Origin: Paramecium tetraurelia
Lineage: Eukaryota
NCBI GenBank assembly: GCA_000165425.1
Contig: CT868108.1
Location: 186,001 to 250,000 of the forward strand
DNA length: 64,000 nt
Reading direction: 5' to 3'
Position numbers and translations under genes: made by a program. This document shows positions 28,551-41,199 of the stretch, one piece after another. Positions within the stretch are counted from its first letter, which is position 1. Every line of letters starts with the position of its first letter. The notes beneath the pieces are model-generated. The model saw only the letters and a list, made by a program, of their open reading frames with translations. It was not told the origin of the DNA and searched no databases.

Positions 28551-31252
28551 ATGAATTTTACTATAATAGTTTATTTACTATGGATTGTTATCAACTGCTT
28601 AGCTCAATAAATCTCTTAAACCGTTGAAATTTACGGAAATGAAAAACTTCTAAACATATAAATAATTTTGTCATCCTAATTTGACTTCTAGCTTACTTTT
28701 TACAACAACAAAGTAATAACATAAATATTTTTAGACTCATTCTTTCGAAATCCTAAATTGCTCAAACCTTGATAGATGTGGATGCTAAAGTCCTAAATTT
28801 AGCAATTTTTATTGTTTCGAAAACAATGGCGAATATCATTTCCATTTTTCTAAATAACCTTATGTTAATGGGGATACCATAATAAAGAAGGAAAATAAAA
28901 ACTAAATTTAAAATAATAATGAGATCGAATCGCACAGTTCAAATTCTCATTTTCGGATTTTAGATCTGGAGGAATATCTCAACAAGTCGTTAGCAGCTTA
29001 AACTGTTACTTACACAGATAGTGACTTATCAAGTTCATTATAATTGGGAACTTACGAGCTATATATGAAATGGGAAATATATACGAATGGTTCATTCGAT
29101 ATGGCTATCGATTATAATCAACTAAACTGGATAGGTTTTGGATTTTGCCCTACTGTAAATATTTATAACTTATTATTAGATGTCTAATTGTGATATGATA
29201 ATATTGTATCTATCGCAGCAAACAGTGATTGTAATGGATACTTTTTCATATGGCCAATCAACACCAAGAACCGACAAATCAAATGATATTAACATAGTAT
29301 CATATGCAGTCAATTCTACAGGCTATAAGGTTAGATTCAATAGAAAATTGGATACAGGAGACACATCAGATTAAGTGTTAGCGAAAGGAGATAAATATAC
29401 TTTTTGTGTAGCATGGTCAGGAGCAGATCAAATAGAAATGCATAGCGCTTGGTATAACTTTGATATCACTTTTGATAATGGAATAGTTGGGCAAGCCACA
29501 CTTTCAAATGGTGACAACATTTTATTTTATGTCCATGCAGTTGTTCTATTTATAGCATGGGGAATTGTGGCAGATTTTGGAATAATTATAGGACGATTTT
29601 TCAAATCCATAAACAGCTATTTATGGATTCATGCTATTTGTTTCATATTTGTTGATCTTTCGACAATTGTGCTCGTAGTATTAATGCTGTTTGTTGGTGG
29701 TGATTCAGGAAATACAGTGGAAGATGGTGCATTGGAAGCTCACAAAATAATGTCAATTGTTCTTGGTCTAGCTGTCATAATTTAACATACCTTAGGAGTT
29801 GTTGTAAAACATTTCCTTGAATCTACAGGAAAAGAAAATAGATAGGCTCTGTTTACTATCAGAATGATTCATATAGTTTTAGGAACAGTTATGTACCTTG
29901 CAGCCAAAGTTGTTATTATTTTAGGATTCATCAAAAACGAAGAGAAATTATTATTGGTTTTGGGAATCATATGGACAGTCCTTTTGATTCTCGTTAGAAT
30001 TGGATTAGAAATATATAAATCCTTCAATTCATCAATCAGAACTAAGATTGCCCCATAACAATAATAACCATTGAGTGAGCAGTAGACAAAATTACTAAAG
30101 TTATTATAAGGAAACCATCCAACAGCTAGTATCATAAAAGAATTACCATAAATTAAATGGGTATTGTTTAATTCAGATGTATATGATGTTACAGATTACT
30201 AACATCCAGGAGGCAACTTCATTATTTCAAATGTTAATGGTCAAGAAATCAGTCGTTATTTCTATGGTGCCTTTTAACTTGAATCCACTACTATGGAACC
30301 ATACACTCATAGCTAGTTTGCATATCAAACCTTATTAAAAAGATACGTCGGAACTATTTAAAGTGTTAATTACAATAATTAAAATCCAGGCTCATTTTGG
30401 GATTTAATTGAAAAAGTAGATTTGTCTAAAAACATCTCTTTATTTAATTTCACTAATCCGAATTTTTAAATCAACTTACGTCAAAATGTTCTAGATTTAG
30501 GTTAGCACTTTAGTGTTTCACTTTAAGAAGTTGGTGGAAAGATAAGAATGTATACAAAAGTATTGTGCATGTCAAATCCATATCAAACATTTAGAGAATA
30601 AGTTATTAAATATAATGAAGGAAAAATCACTCAGCCACCATTGTTGTAATTTGATAAAATCAACACAGTCCCCTTGATTATCAAAAAATACAACTTTCCT
30701 AAGGCCTTATCTGCATAAATCTTTGAACATCAAGGTAACTTTTGGGTTTAAGGTCCTTTCGGAAGAGGATTAGAACTTGAATCAAAATCTAAATGCATAG
30801 CTTTTGTTGGAGGTACTGGTTTATTGCCATTTTTGGATTTGTTAGATCATTTATTGATGAAATCTATTTACCTAACAAATAAATAAAAGTAATAATAAAT
30901 TTAATAATTCTTTCCCTAATATGATCAATTAGAAGAATCATTTGAATTTACATTGCTAGCTTCATTCCAAAATGAAGAAGAATTCATTGGCAAAGATTGG
31001 ATAAGAAAACTTTATTAAATTAATTAAACCAATAATTTAAAGTTGTTTAATATGCAAATAAGATACTCTGATTCTACACTGGATACAGTGATTCCTGCAT
31101 TTAGAAGCAGATTTAATGAAGAGCTTGTTAGATAGCATTTAGGAGACTTTAATAAGAAAGTTTATATATGTGGTCCCCCAAATATGATTTATTCTCTCAC
31201 TCAAATTATCTCAAAAACAGAACAGGATTAGACCAAAGTTATGATTGTTTGA
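28551..31252 (+). CDS. Signal peptide - DOMON - cytochrome b561 - cytochrome b5 - FNR-like (FAD/NAD(P)H) fusion oxidoreductase
   Basis: DOMON: WIGFGF..MSNCDM, FNRKLDTGD, AWS..MH. b561: four His in TM helices. b5: VYDVTDYQHPGG ... HS. FNR: RMYT, GPFGRG, FVGGTGLLPF, VYICGPP. Two introns. Confidence 0.88.
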
Positions 31253-31762
31253 ATGAATAGTATTAACTGTATTTCTTATCACATTATTAATACACAATTT
31301 TATTTTAACATAGTTTTCTCCTATTTTTGTTATTTAGATATTCAAAATAAAATATCATCATTTTAATATTTTGTTGTTGATATTTTAGAATCCTAGAAAG
31401 TCAACATTCATTCTTCTTAATTCTTGTTTGGATTTAAGTAATTTTATTTAAACCGAATTTGTATTAATTACGGCATTTACATAATAATTAATATTAATTC
31501 AATAAATATCTCTATTTATTTTTTTTTTGTCCACTCAACAATATTTATTCAACTTTTTGTATTTGAAATGGAAACCAATTACACAGCAAAAATAAGTGTA
31601 ATAAATCTTCAAATTAAAATTTGTTATTGCTTTTATTTTTATAATCAAAATTTTAATTACTTTTAAAATTTTATTTAATTAACCTATTTAATAATTTGTT
31701 ATTCAATGATGTCATCACTCTCAGTTCATAATGACTATAAAATCATAATTAGCATTAATTAA

Positions 31763-32709
31763 ATGTAAAAAATCTTATCTTTGCTTACAACCGCATTATT
31801 ATTGAGTGGTTTAGCCTTTTACTCATAAAATGAGGAATCTCACTCATTTAAAACTTGGTAGAAGAAATATAACAAGTTCTATTCTTCAAGCGAAGAAGCA
31901 TATCGATAGATAATATTCAATCAAAATGTTGAATTAATCAATAAACATAACTCAAATCCCAACAAAAGCTATAGTATGGCAATCAATTAATTTGTTGATT
32001 TAACTAGGGAAGAATTCTAAGCTATATATTTGGGAAAATCAACTATTGTTAAAACTGAAAATATTGAATTAAGCGCTAGAAAAAACTTCGAAGCAGTTGA
32101 TTGGTCTAGCAAATTGTTTCCAATCAAAGATTAATTTAATTGTGGATCATATTGGATATTCTCGGCTGTCGGTGCAGTTGAGGCTTTCTTGAGAGTAAAA
32201 AAAGTCTTAAAATGGTCATTGTCTGAATAATAACTTGTGGATTGTGCCGATTCTTGGGGATGCTATGGAGGTGATGCAGATTTTGCATTAGATTATATTG
32301 TTAATACTGGTATTGTTTACGAATTGGATTATCCATATGTAAATCATACCAAATATATTTTAAGAAAGGAAGAGAAGGATTTTGCAAAGTTAGAAGAGAA
32401 GGTGAGGTTAAAATTTCAGGAAGAGAAAGAATTGGTTCAAATGAAGATGATATAAAATAGAAAGTCTAAGAATATCCAGTATCTGCGAGTGTTGATTGCT
32501 AAGGTTGGGCTTACTATAGTAAAGGAATATTTGATGAAGGATGTACTGATCATAGAAGTAATCATGATGTTGTGATTGTTGGATTTGACAAAGACGGAAA
32601 CTGGAAGATAAGAAATTCATGGGGAGTAGGTTGGGGAGAGCAAGGTTACATGTGGTTGAAATCAGGTAATACTTGTGGAATAATGAACAGAGTCGACAGA
32701 GCCATTTGA
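31763..32709 (+). CDS. Papain-family (cathepsin L-like) preproprotein with Tyr at the catalytic Cys position
   Basis: Signal peptide, I29 prodomain (FKTWQKKYNK, INQFVDLTREEF), DQFNCGSYWIFS, LSEQQLVDC, GCYGG, NHDVVIVG, WKIRNSWGVGWGEQGY; one 26-nt intron. Confidence 0.92.
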
Positions 32710-35141
32710 TAATTTACCAAACCTAATAAATATAAACAATAAATATTATTTTATCTTTTAATTTTAATTAAAATCCTTTATGTAATAAATTAATAGTCAG
32801 AATAATAAAAAATGATATAATTATAACTATGCTTATTTCAAATCATATTCTCTTCTATACATAATAGACATGATAGATACAATAAATTCAAAAATAATTA
32901 TCAGAAATATTGTAATTTTATTATAATTAAATTATTAACTTGATTGAATTATTAATAAAATAATAATATAAAATAGGAGAATTAGATATCTAAATATTTT
33001 TGAATATTATAAATTAAAAATTCTCAACTTCTATTTTAGCACTATATTCGATTTAACAATTAACAAAAGCAAATTAGATTTGATTTCCATGCAAGACACT
33101 TTTAATTAGAATTAGATTCTTTCCAATTATGAGAAAAATATCTCTAATGTTGGAATTTTCTTATAGACACAATCTTATTATTATTAATCTTTTTAATGAA
33201 ATACCCATTATAATTCTACTTTTACCTACTCAAAATTTATATACAGTTTACTATTAACTTTTTGAATTTCTTTTATCTGTAATATCGATAAATCACCTTT
33301 TTTGATCAAATTTTAATGTTATACTTTGTTTTTTATCTATCCTTAAAACCAAATCCAATTATTCAAATTCAAATACTTTTTACAAAACAACATATCAAAA
33401 GATTAATATGATAATTAGTCAAAAATACTTGAATAATTCTCAAAATTCAAGCTTTTGGATGTAAAATTGAGTAAACTTAATATTTTTATACAATTAACCA
33501 TAACATACTCATTAGAATTATTTTATTTTTTAAAAATTATTAAATCTTTTTAATTGTTTATCAACCATTTCAAGTAGAAAAATTAAACAACATTATGATA
33601 CATCAATAAAATAATGAATATTAATTGAGTCGCTACTTATTATTCTTAACATTATTATTCTTCAAAAAAAATTTTTAAGGATTCTTGTACTAAATGGTTC
33701 AGCATTAGTAAATGGTCTTATAAAGTAATATCTTTTCAATAGTCAAATTTCTAAATGTTTTTAAGATGCATATCAATAGTATTTTTGAATTCATAATTTA
33801 ATTAATTTTACATAAACTGTATTCATCTATGAAGTTAATTAAGATTTGGAAGCAAGGATTATCAGATCAAATCAAAATTTTTATCAGAATGAATAATCAA
33901 ATTTCCATTTGCAAACAAAATTCTCTCATCTATTCTATTATTAATGGGATAGTTAAAGAATTCCTCTTACATACATTATAGTAGTCAATCATAATAAAAT
34001 TATATTTACTAGCTTATTTCCTGATTATCAAGAGCTTCCATAATAATAACTGAATAATTTTTATTCATAGTACCCTTTATGATAGTGATAATCATATTAT
34101 TCACCTTAATTTATTTACTGTCTGATAATTACTTAAAACTGTCAACTCAAATTTATTTGTAATCAAGATTGACTAATCATCAAATTTTCCAATGATCTTA
34201 ATACACATCTATACAAAAAACTACATTTTAACTTATTTGATATGTAGCTCTATTTAAGAGTTTTAAGATTATATGAATCGCCACTATAAAAACAATTATT
34301 CTTATAAATTTAATATGAAAAACTCTTCTATGTCAACCATTCAGCCCATAAATTATAAGGATCATCTTTAGAAACCTATGTACATTTTATTTAAAAATAT
34401 TTATTCATTTTTTAGGGAGGAAAGTAAATAATTCTTAAAGGCAAGATTAAGAAAGAAATTTTTACAAATAATAAATTAAACTACTTTAAATTTCGAAAAA
34501 TTTAACAAAAATCTTATATATTATTCAAATATTAAATAGATAAAACATCGGAAGATAAACGCATTTAATACAATTAATTAATGAAAGAATTAGGTTTCAA
34601 AAAAAATGAAATTTTTGATAGTTATTATTCAACATTGTTTAATTGAGGAAAATATTGGTTACTCTTTTCTATTTAAATATAAATCTGAACTTCATAATTT
34701 TTAGAAAGATTACTTGTTCTTAAATTTTTCTTCATTTTCCTATATTAAAAAATATCCATGTATAAATGAAATTTTTAATTTAGTCATTACTCTTTTTTAT
34801 TTTTCTAAAGCACAATGTTAGTTTAATTTACACTATGATTCTAATTCATAGATAATTACAAGTTCCCATATGGCTTATGCAAAGGATTTCTGGCTGATAA
34901 ATACTTTTAAATTTAATATACTAACATTTTTATTATGAAATTGGGAGATTGCTCAGTTATTTTAATGTATTTTTCATTTTAGAGATATATAGCATATTTT
35001 TTTAATTGAATATGGCCTTGAGCGTATAATATTAAAATTGAAAGAGCATCAAGTAATGTCATATCATTTTTTCAAAATGAATTACTATAACATATAGAAC
35101 CCTTAATTTCTTAAGGAATAAGAGATTATCTTGGGCAGAAT

Positions 35142-35291
35142 NNNNNNNNNNNNNNNNNNNNNNNNNNNNNNNNNNNNNNNNNNNNNNNNNNNNNNNNNNN
35201 NNNNNNNNNNNNNNNNNNNNNNNNNNNNNNNNNNNNNNNNNNNNNNNNNNNNNNNNNNNNNNNNNNNNNNNNNNNNNNNNNNNNNNNNNNN
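35142..35291. other. Assembly gap (150 N)
   Basis: Run of N. Confidence 1.
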
Positions 35292-36858
35292 GATATGCAT
35301 AAGATGGTTTCGTAGGATACTAAATCCTGAACAGGGATTTTAGGATAGAAATGCCTTAATTTGAACAATTCATATACGATGGTTTTTCAATTGTGTAAGT
35401 TTTGTGAAGATTGTGGATTGTTCTCTAGCGAACCATCAGTTAATTTGTCAGATGATGTTATTCATTATCAATATAGATATCAGTGTTCAAATTTTGTTGG
35501 ATTAAGAGAGGATAATCAAATCAAGTTATGATATATAAATTAAATTTAAATTCAGTTTAGGATATTCAATCTATTATATAAAATTTTAACTAAATCTAAA
35601 AAATTCATCTTAAACCTAAAATTCAATTCAGGATGTGAAAAACTATACAATAGGCATGTTTTATCTCCTTAACTAATAACTTATATTTTATTTCATTCTC
35701 TATTATGAATGTTTTCTAATAACAGTTAGATATCTGATAATATCTGAAATCAGCTATGTTAAAACTAACAATTCATTTATAGATTCATTTTTGATTGTCT
35801 AAAAGAGATTTTATTTTCATTAATCATAATTACATTAGGAACATCAAATAATTGCTTTTACAAAATTAATGGATTAATAACACTTATTTTAATTTGAATT
35901 CTGTAAGCTCATAATTGTATAAATTTAAATTTGATCAAGTGGAAATAATCTTCTAAAGATTGTAAGTTCTTTATATTTTTAAACTTATCAATCTATTTAT
36001 TGAATGAAGTTCAATCAAGAATAGACCGCAAAATGTTTAGTACATTTCTGTATAACAGAAACAATTTTAGATTGCAAGCCATTTCTAAATTTCGATAGGA
36101 TTGAACCCAAGATAGATAGTCCATTTACATTTATGGATGCTTTAATATAAATAATTAATTTAAAAATTATAGAAATTTGCAAAATAAATTATTTCAAACT
36201 CGTTTTCACATATAAGAAACCAATTTCAATAAATGTTTATTAAATTTTATTCGAAATTGATTCTAAATATTTTGAATGTTGTTCAGATAGATTCTCTTTC
36301 CAATGCCTAAGAATTCATAATTTACAGTTATAAACAATGAAATAATTCAAATCTCTGAATTGAAGGTGATTTGACTTTGACATACCAATAAATTGAATAT
36401 CTCAATTTTAAAAATCACTTCTGTTCTACTTATTTGTTATATTTTATATCAAATTTGTATTTGTATTTGTGCCTTAGGATATAATTTAAGTATTAATTAA
36501 ATAAATCTCAAAAGATTTTTTTTATCTACTACGGTGGGAATTTTAGACATATCCTTGTTTTCTTTTCATTACATCCAATTGCTGGTAATTGGCAAGGAAA
36601 AACAAACACTCTTTTTTTTTTATGAGGAGTAAGTATCTTATTTAAATCATTACTTTACAAACTATGTTCTCTTTTGAAGATTGTTAAGAGAATGGATTCT
36701 TTAAGTTAGCTAACCATTCTAAATATTCAGCCTTATCCTATAAGCATTATTAAAATCATCATCTTAAAAAGGTTATACTTAAGCATAGAAATTGCATTGT
36801 TTAATCTCATTGTGCCTAGTATGATATAATTTTGAAGTTTACCCTTTATTAACAAATA

Positions 36859-37056
36859 NNNNNNNNNNNNNNNNNNNNNNNNNNNNNNNNNNNNNNNNNN
36901 NNNNNNNNNNNNNNNNNNNNNNNNNNNNNNNNNNNNNNNNNNNNNNNNNNNNNNNNNNNNNNNNNNNNNNNNNNNNNNNNNNNNNNNNNNNNNNNNNNNN
37001 NNNNNNNNNNNNNNNNNNNNNNNNNNNNNNNNNNNNNNNNNNNNNNNNNNNNNNNN
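36859..37056. other. Assembly gap
   Basis: Run of N. Confidence 1.
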
Positions 37057-39035
37057 TAAGGTGGTACTTGGTAAAGTAGCCTTTTATCATTGGCCCCTTC
37101 TGATCCCCCTCATAAGACATTCATCTCGGAGAAATAGATAACATAAACTAACAATACATCTTCATTTACTGAAAAACTCTTAGGAGGAGCAGAAAAACTG
37201 GAATTAAAGATTGCTATTTACTACAATCTCAGCTACTAAAAACTGATCGAAATAGATGAAGCAATTGAGATGTTTGAAATGAACAAAAGATCTTTTCAAG
37301 AGCAGAATAAATAATAATAAACTTAGATTTAAGAATATGCTTTATAGTCTTAAGAAATAAAAAATACTTTAGATATTATCTAAACCTAGCTTTCAACTTA
37401 AAAATAATAAAAATAAATTGAACATGCTGATATTGTTATTTTATATAGCAATCCAATTATTAGAGTTAATAATGGAATAAAAGAATCCTTATTTTATAGA
37501 TTATTAATCAGAAATTGATAAAATTGTGGAAACTATTAAATAATCTAACAAACCAATTAGATATCAAATTATGAATGCTACAAAAAGCAACTTAGAATTG
37601 GCAATAAAATTACATCCAGTTATAATACATGTGATCTCTCATGGAGATTATGATGAAAAATCAGCCTGCTTGTATTTAGAATTTCAGGATGATGGCATAT
37701 CTACAAAATTTTAAACTCATGAAATTCAAAATATGATTTAAAACCATAAAGCTATGACAAGAATCAAACTTATTTGTATAAGTTCAGTGGTTGCTAAAAA
37801 TGTTGCTGATTATATACCGAAATCAATCTCATCTGTGGTATTCCAAAAATTTTATAATAAAGAGGATGAAGAAGGACCTGCCTTCTGGGGGATGTTTTAT
37901 GAAAAAATATTTTCTGATTTTACAATTTAAAAGTCGTTTAACGAAGCTAAATAAAAGCTTGGGAGTAAATTTTGGGAAAATAAAAATAATAGGTTTATAT
38001 GTTGTTGCTTCCACAAGCACAATGAAAAATGTCCTTATGATCCAGCTTCTATTGGATATGAAGGCTCACATAATTAGCATCTTTCATGTGCTTAATAAAA
38101 GTGGAGCCATATCTTGGAAAAACATGCATAGGTTCATTAAAAACAATGTGGTTTAAATTGTTTAGGAATGATGACTCATAAATGTAGTTAATTAGAATTT
38201 GATGATTGGGGATGTCAAAATTATTCAAGTCGAATTGAAAATATACTTAAGAAATTGTAAATTTCTTATTAAGATGATTTTCGTTAAAACCTGCTATTTA
38301 AAAATGAACTTAATTGTTGTTGTTGTGATTAGCTAAGTGGAATATTATCAATAGTTGATTCCAGTAATATCATTTATGAAAACGCGTAGCATACATTCGA
38401 ATAAAAAATTCAACTCCATCTTTATGATCAAAATGAAAATAATTTAAATTTTACCGAAAAAATCGAAAATAATGAAGAATTATTCACAGAAATTAATTAT
38501 ATCAAAATTGATAAATAAATTATTTTAGTCCATTCCTTTGATTGGTAAAATAGTGATTTGTAACAATATACCATAAATGCTATAACTTCCTACTTTGAGG
38601 TATTATTAGTTTTAATTTTAGATTTATTTAAAATAAATTTCTAATAAGAAATAGATCAAAAGGCTTTCAATCAATTTAAAGGATTACAACATAAATAATT
38701 GGATAGAATATGTAGCAAGTCAATTAAATTTGCACTATTCTAGCCCATAAGACTTTTTCATCAAATTTAAAGAATACTTCATCAATCTTCAGAATTAACC
38801 TCAATACCTTTACATATTCCTTATTGAAAACATTGTCAATATATATGACACTGATTAATTTAAAAAGTTTTATGAAGAAATTCAAAATGCAATTGAGACT
38901 CATTTCATACTTATTTTTACAGTAAATAACATCGAAAAGAATTATTTAAAGTTGCTTACATAAGATAAATTGGTCTAATTGATTGATTTAAAGTAGATCA
39001 ATAGTTTAATTGATGCAGAAATAGCCTAAGAATGA
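37057..39035 (+). CDS. CHAT (caspase-fold)-like domain protein with Cys/His clusters; 5' end falls in a gap
   Basis: DIVILYSNP ... EIDKI ... NATKSNL ... IIHVISHG ... LYLEF ... IKLICISS, then CCCFHKHNEKC and CCCCD. Needs a 19-nt intron or a frameshift near 37465-37495. Confidence 0.6.
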
Positions 39036-39854
39036 GTATATTTTTAAATAAATGTTATTTTATAACTAAATGATAATTATCACAAAGTAATGATTTATTA
39101 GATATATCTTAAATATTATTATATATATAGGTTTCATATATAAAAAATATTAAACTTGTTATAATATTTACTATGATGAAATTAAATGTCAACATGTAAG
39201 GATATTTAAATAAAGTTTTTTAATGAATATTATGAAATTATATTTTGTAATTTGATAAAACTTAATTTCAATGTGTATATTTTCATTGTATTTTATATTT
39301 TAGAAGGATGATTGTATTTTTAATTAGATTGATTTCATTAATGAAAATAATCAAATGATGTTTCTAAAGATTATTTCGATGAATTAGTTTAAATAAATTA
39401 ATATAAGAATATTTAAAATAATTGATTCAACAATTTCGAAATTTTTTTTGCTAAAGATTTCTCCACTATGTTTCAACTGGAAGAGGAATTGAAACAGCAT
39501 TAGAATAAAATTAAAATACAATTTCAAGAAAGTAGTCAAGATTTAGATTTAATTTCAAGTATATTTTAGGTGATCCCTTTCGATAAAATATCTGAGAAAT
39601 TTAATATGACTTGGATTTATGAAATCTTTTTTATAATATCACTAATGTATTCATATCAATATTTATCAGGCTTTTATAATAATTTTTTCCACTAATAACT
39701 TAATTTGGAATATTAAAAAGATAATTGATATTTATTACTAAATGTAATTTGAATATCATGAATCCATTTTTCGAAATATCTACCTTATGAAGCTAAGTTA
39801 TTTTTATTTATTGTTTGGTTTTGATTTAGAAATTCATTTATAATTAATTAAATA

Positions 39855-40449
39855 ATGGATGATTTTTTTGAAGACAACTAAACTCACGAGATATCAAATG
39901 GACAATCAGGTGGGTTTTAAGAGCAATAGGTTAGAATTTAGAGTAATCTTAGTATACTGCTTTTGATGCTTTTGAAAATGGGACACCACCTTAAGGAATA
40001 ACATTCAATACATACGTGGTACATTTTAAATTAAGCATAGAGTCCAGAATAGTAATTACGAAAGGATAAATTGAGACTTATAGAAGATGAAAGATTAGCT
40101 TAAATAAGAGAGAAAGATTAATAAGAAAGTTTATTGAAATAATAACAAAAATAAAAAGCTTAGGAGTACTTGTAGGTGTTTAAAAAGTAAATTGTGTTGA
40201 CCTATCTAAAGGTAATAAGAAGCAGATATCGCATAAAAAAGAAGTCAAAATAAGTAGAAACAAGAAATCTGGCTTGAGAATCTTAAAAATCATTACCAAA
40301 ATGTATAATGTTTTTCTAAAATAAAGAAAAATTCTTGGGAATAGATAGCATCAAATATTGCTTTAAGAGATGGGGAATATCCAGGATAAAAAGATGTAAC
40401 TCAGATGAGATAAGCAATCCTTAATAAAAGAAGCGATCTGACTAAGTGA
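39855..40449 (+). CDS. Clathrin light chain-like protein
   Basis: Acidic N-terminus (MDDFFED), central charged helix, C-terminal NSWEQIASNI...KDVTQMRQAIL; four small introns. Confidence 0.75.
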
Positions 40450-41199
40450 TTGCCAATAATTATTATATTAGCATTTAATTCAAAGTTATATGCACATCAT
40501 AAATTGTTAATTCAATTACTATCCTATATGATATATCTACCTCACTACAAATATCATAATTTTGCATTCTTTAATATCGCCGTTCTTTCCTTCCTCTCAA
40601 AAGCATTGTCTAAATCTTGGTATTAATTGTAAAGAAATTGATGAAATTAGTATTCTCTATTTTTTTCAATTATCAAATGCTCTTAATAAGTATTCCACAA
40701 ACAAATATGCTCCTTACACTTTTATATACTTATAGGTTCATTTTGAGAAAATTCTTAACCAATTAATTCTTATGTAACTATTTTAAAAACTTGGTTCAAG
40801 ACAACTAAAATTCCTAAGAGAAAAGATCACATGGGATTATAACTTCTACTCACACAAGATCAACTGATTATTTTTTATCTGCAGGAGGTACAATTATATA
40901 AAATTCCTATCTGTCCATTTTCAATATCTTTTAAGCCGATTGTATTGCCTCCATATATAAATATCAGTGTAAAATTAAAAAATTTATATAGATCAAATGA
41001 TTTTTTAGTGTTTACGGCAAAGAAATACAGGAGTTTAGCAAGGATATGATATTTGAAATCAAAAATTTAAATTTGTAGTATGGAGTCCAGATAAATTTAA
41101 TTTATTAAATATAAGGTTTTAGATAGAGGTTATAGATTGAATGAAAATATAGATTAAGGTGAAATTAGTGAAAGTTTCAATTATATGTATAGATATGTG

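Noticed and set aside
37791..38156. 121-aa track ORF
   Set aside because: Alternative frame overlapping the CHAT-like reading frame.
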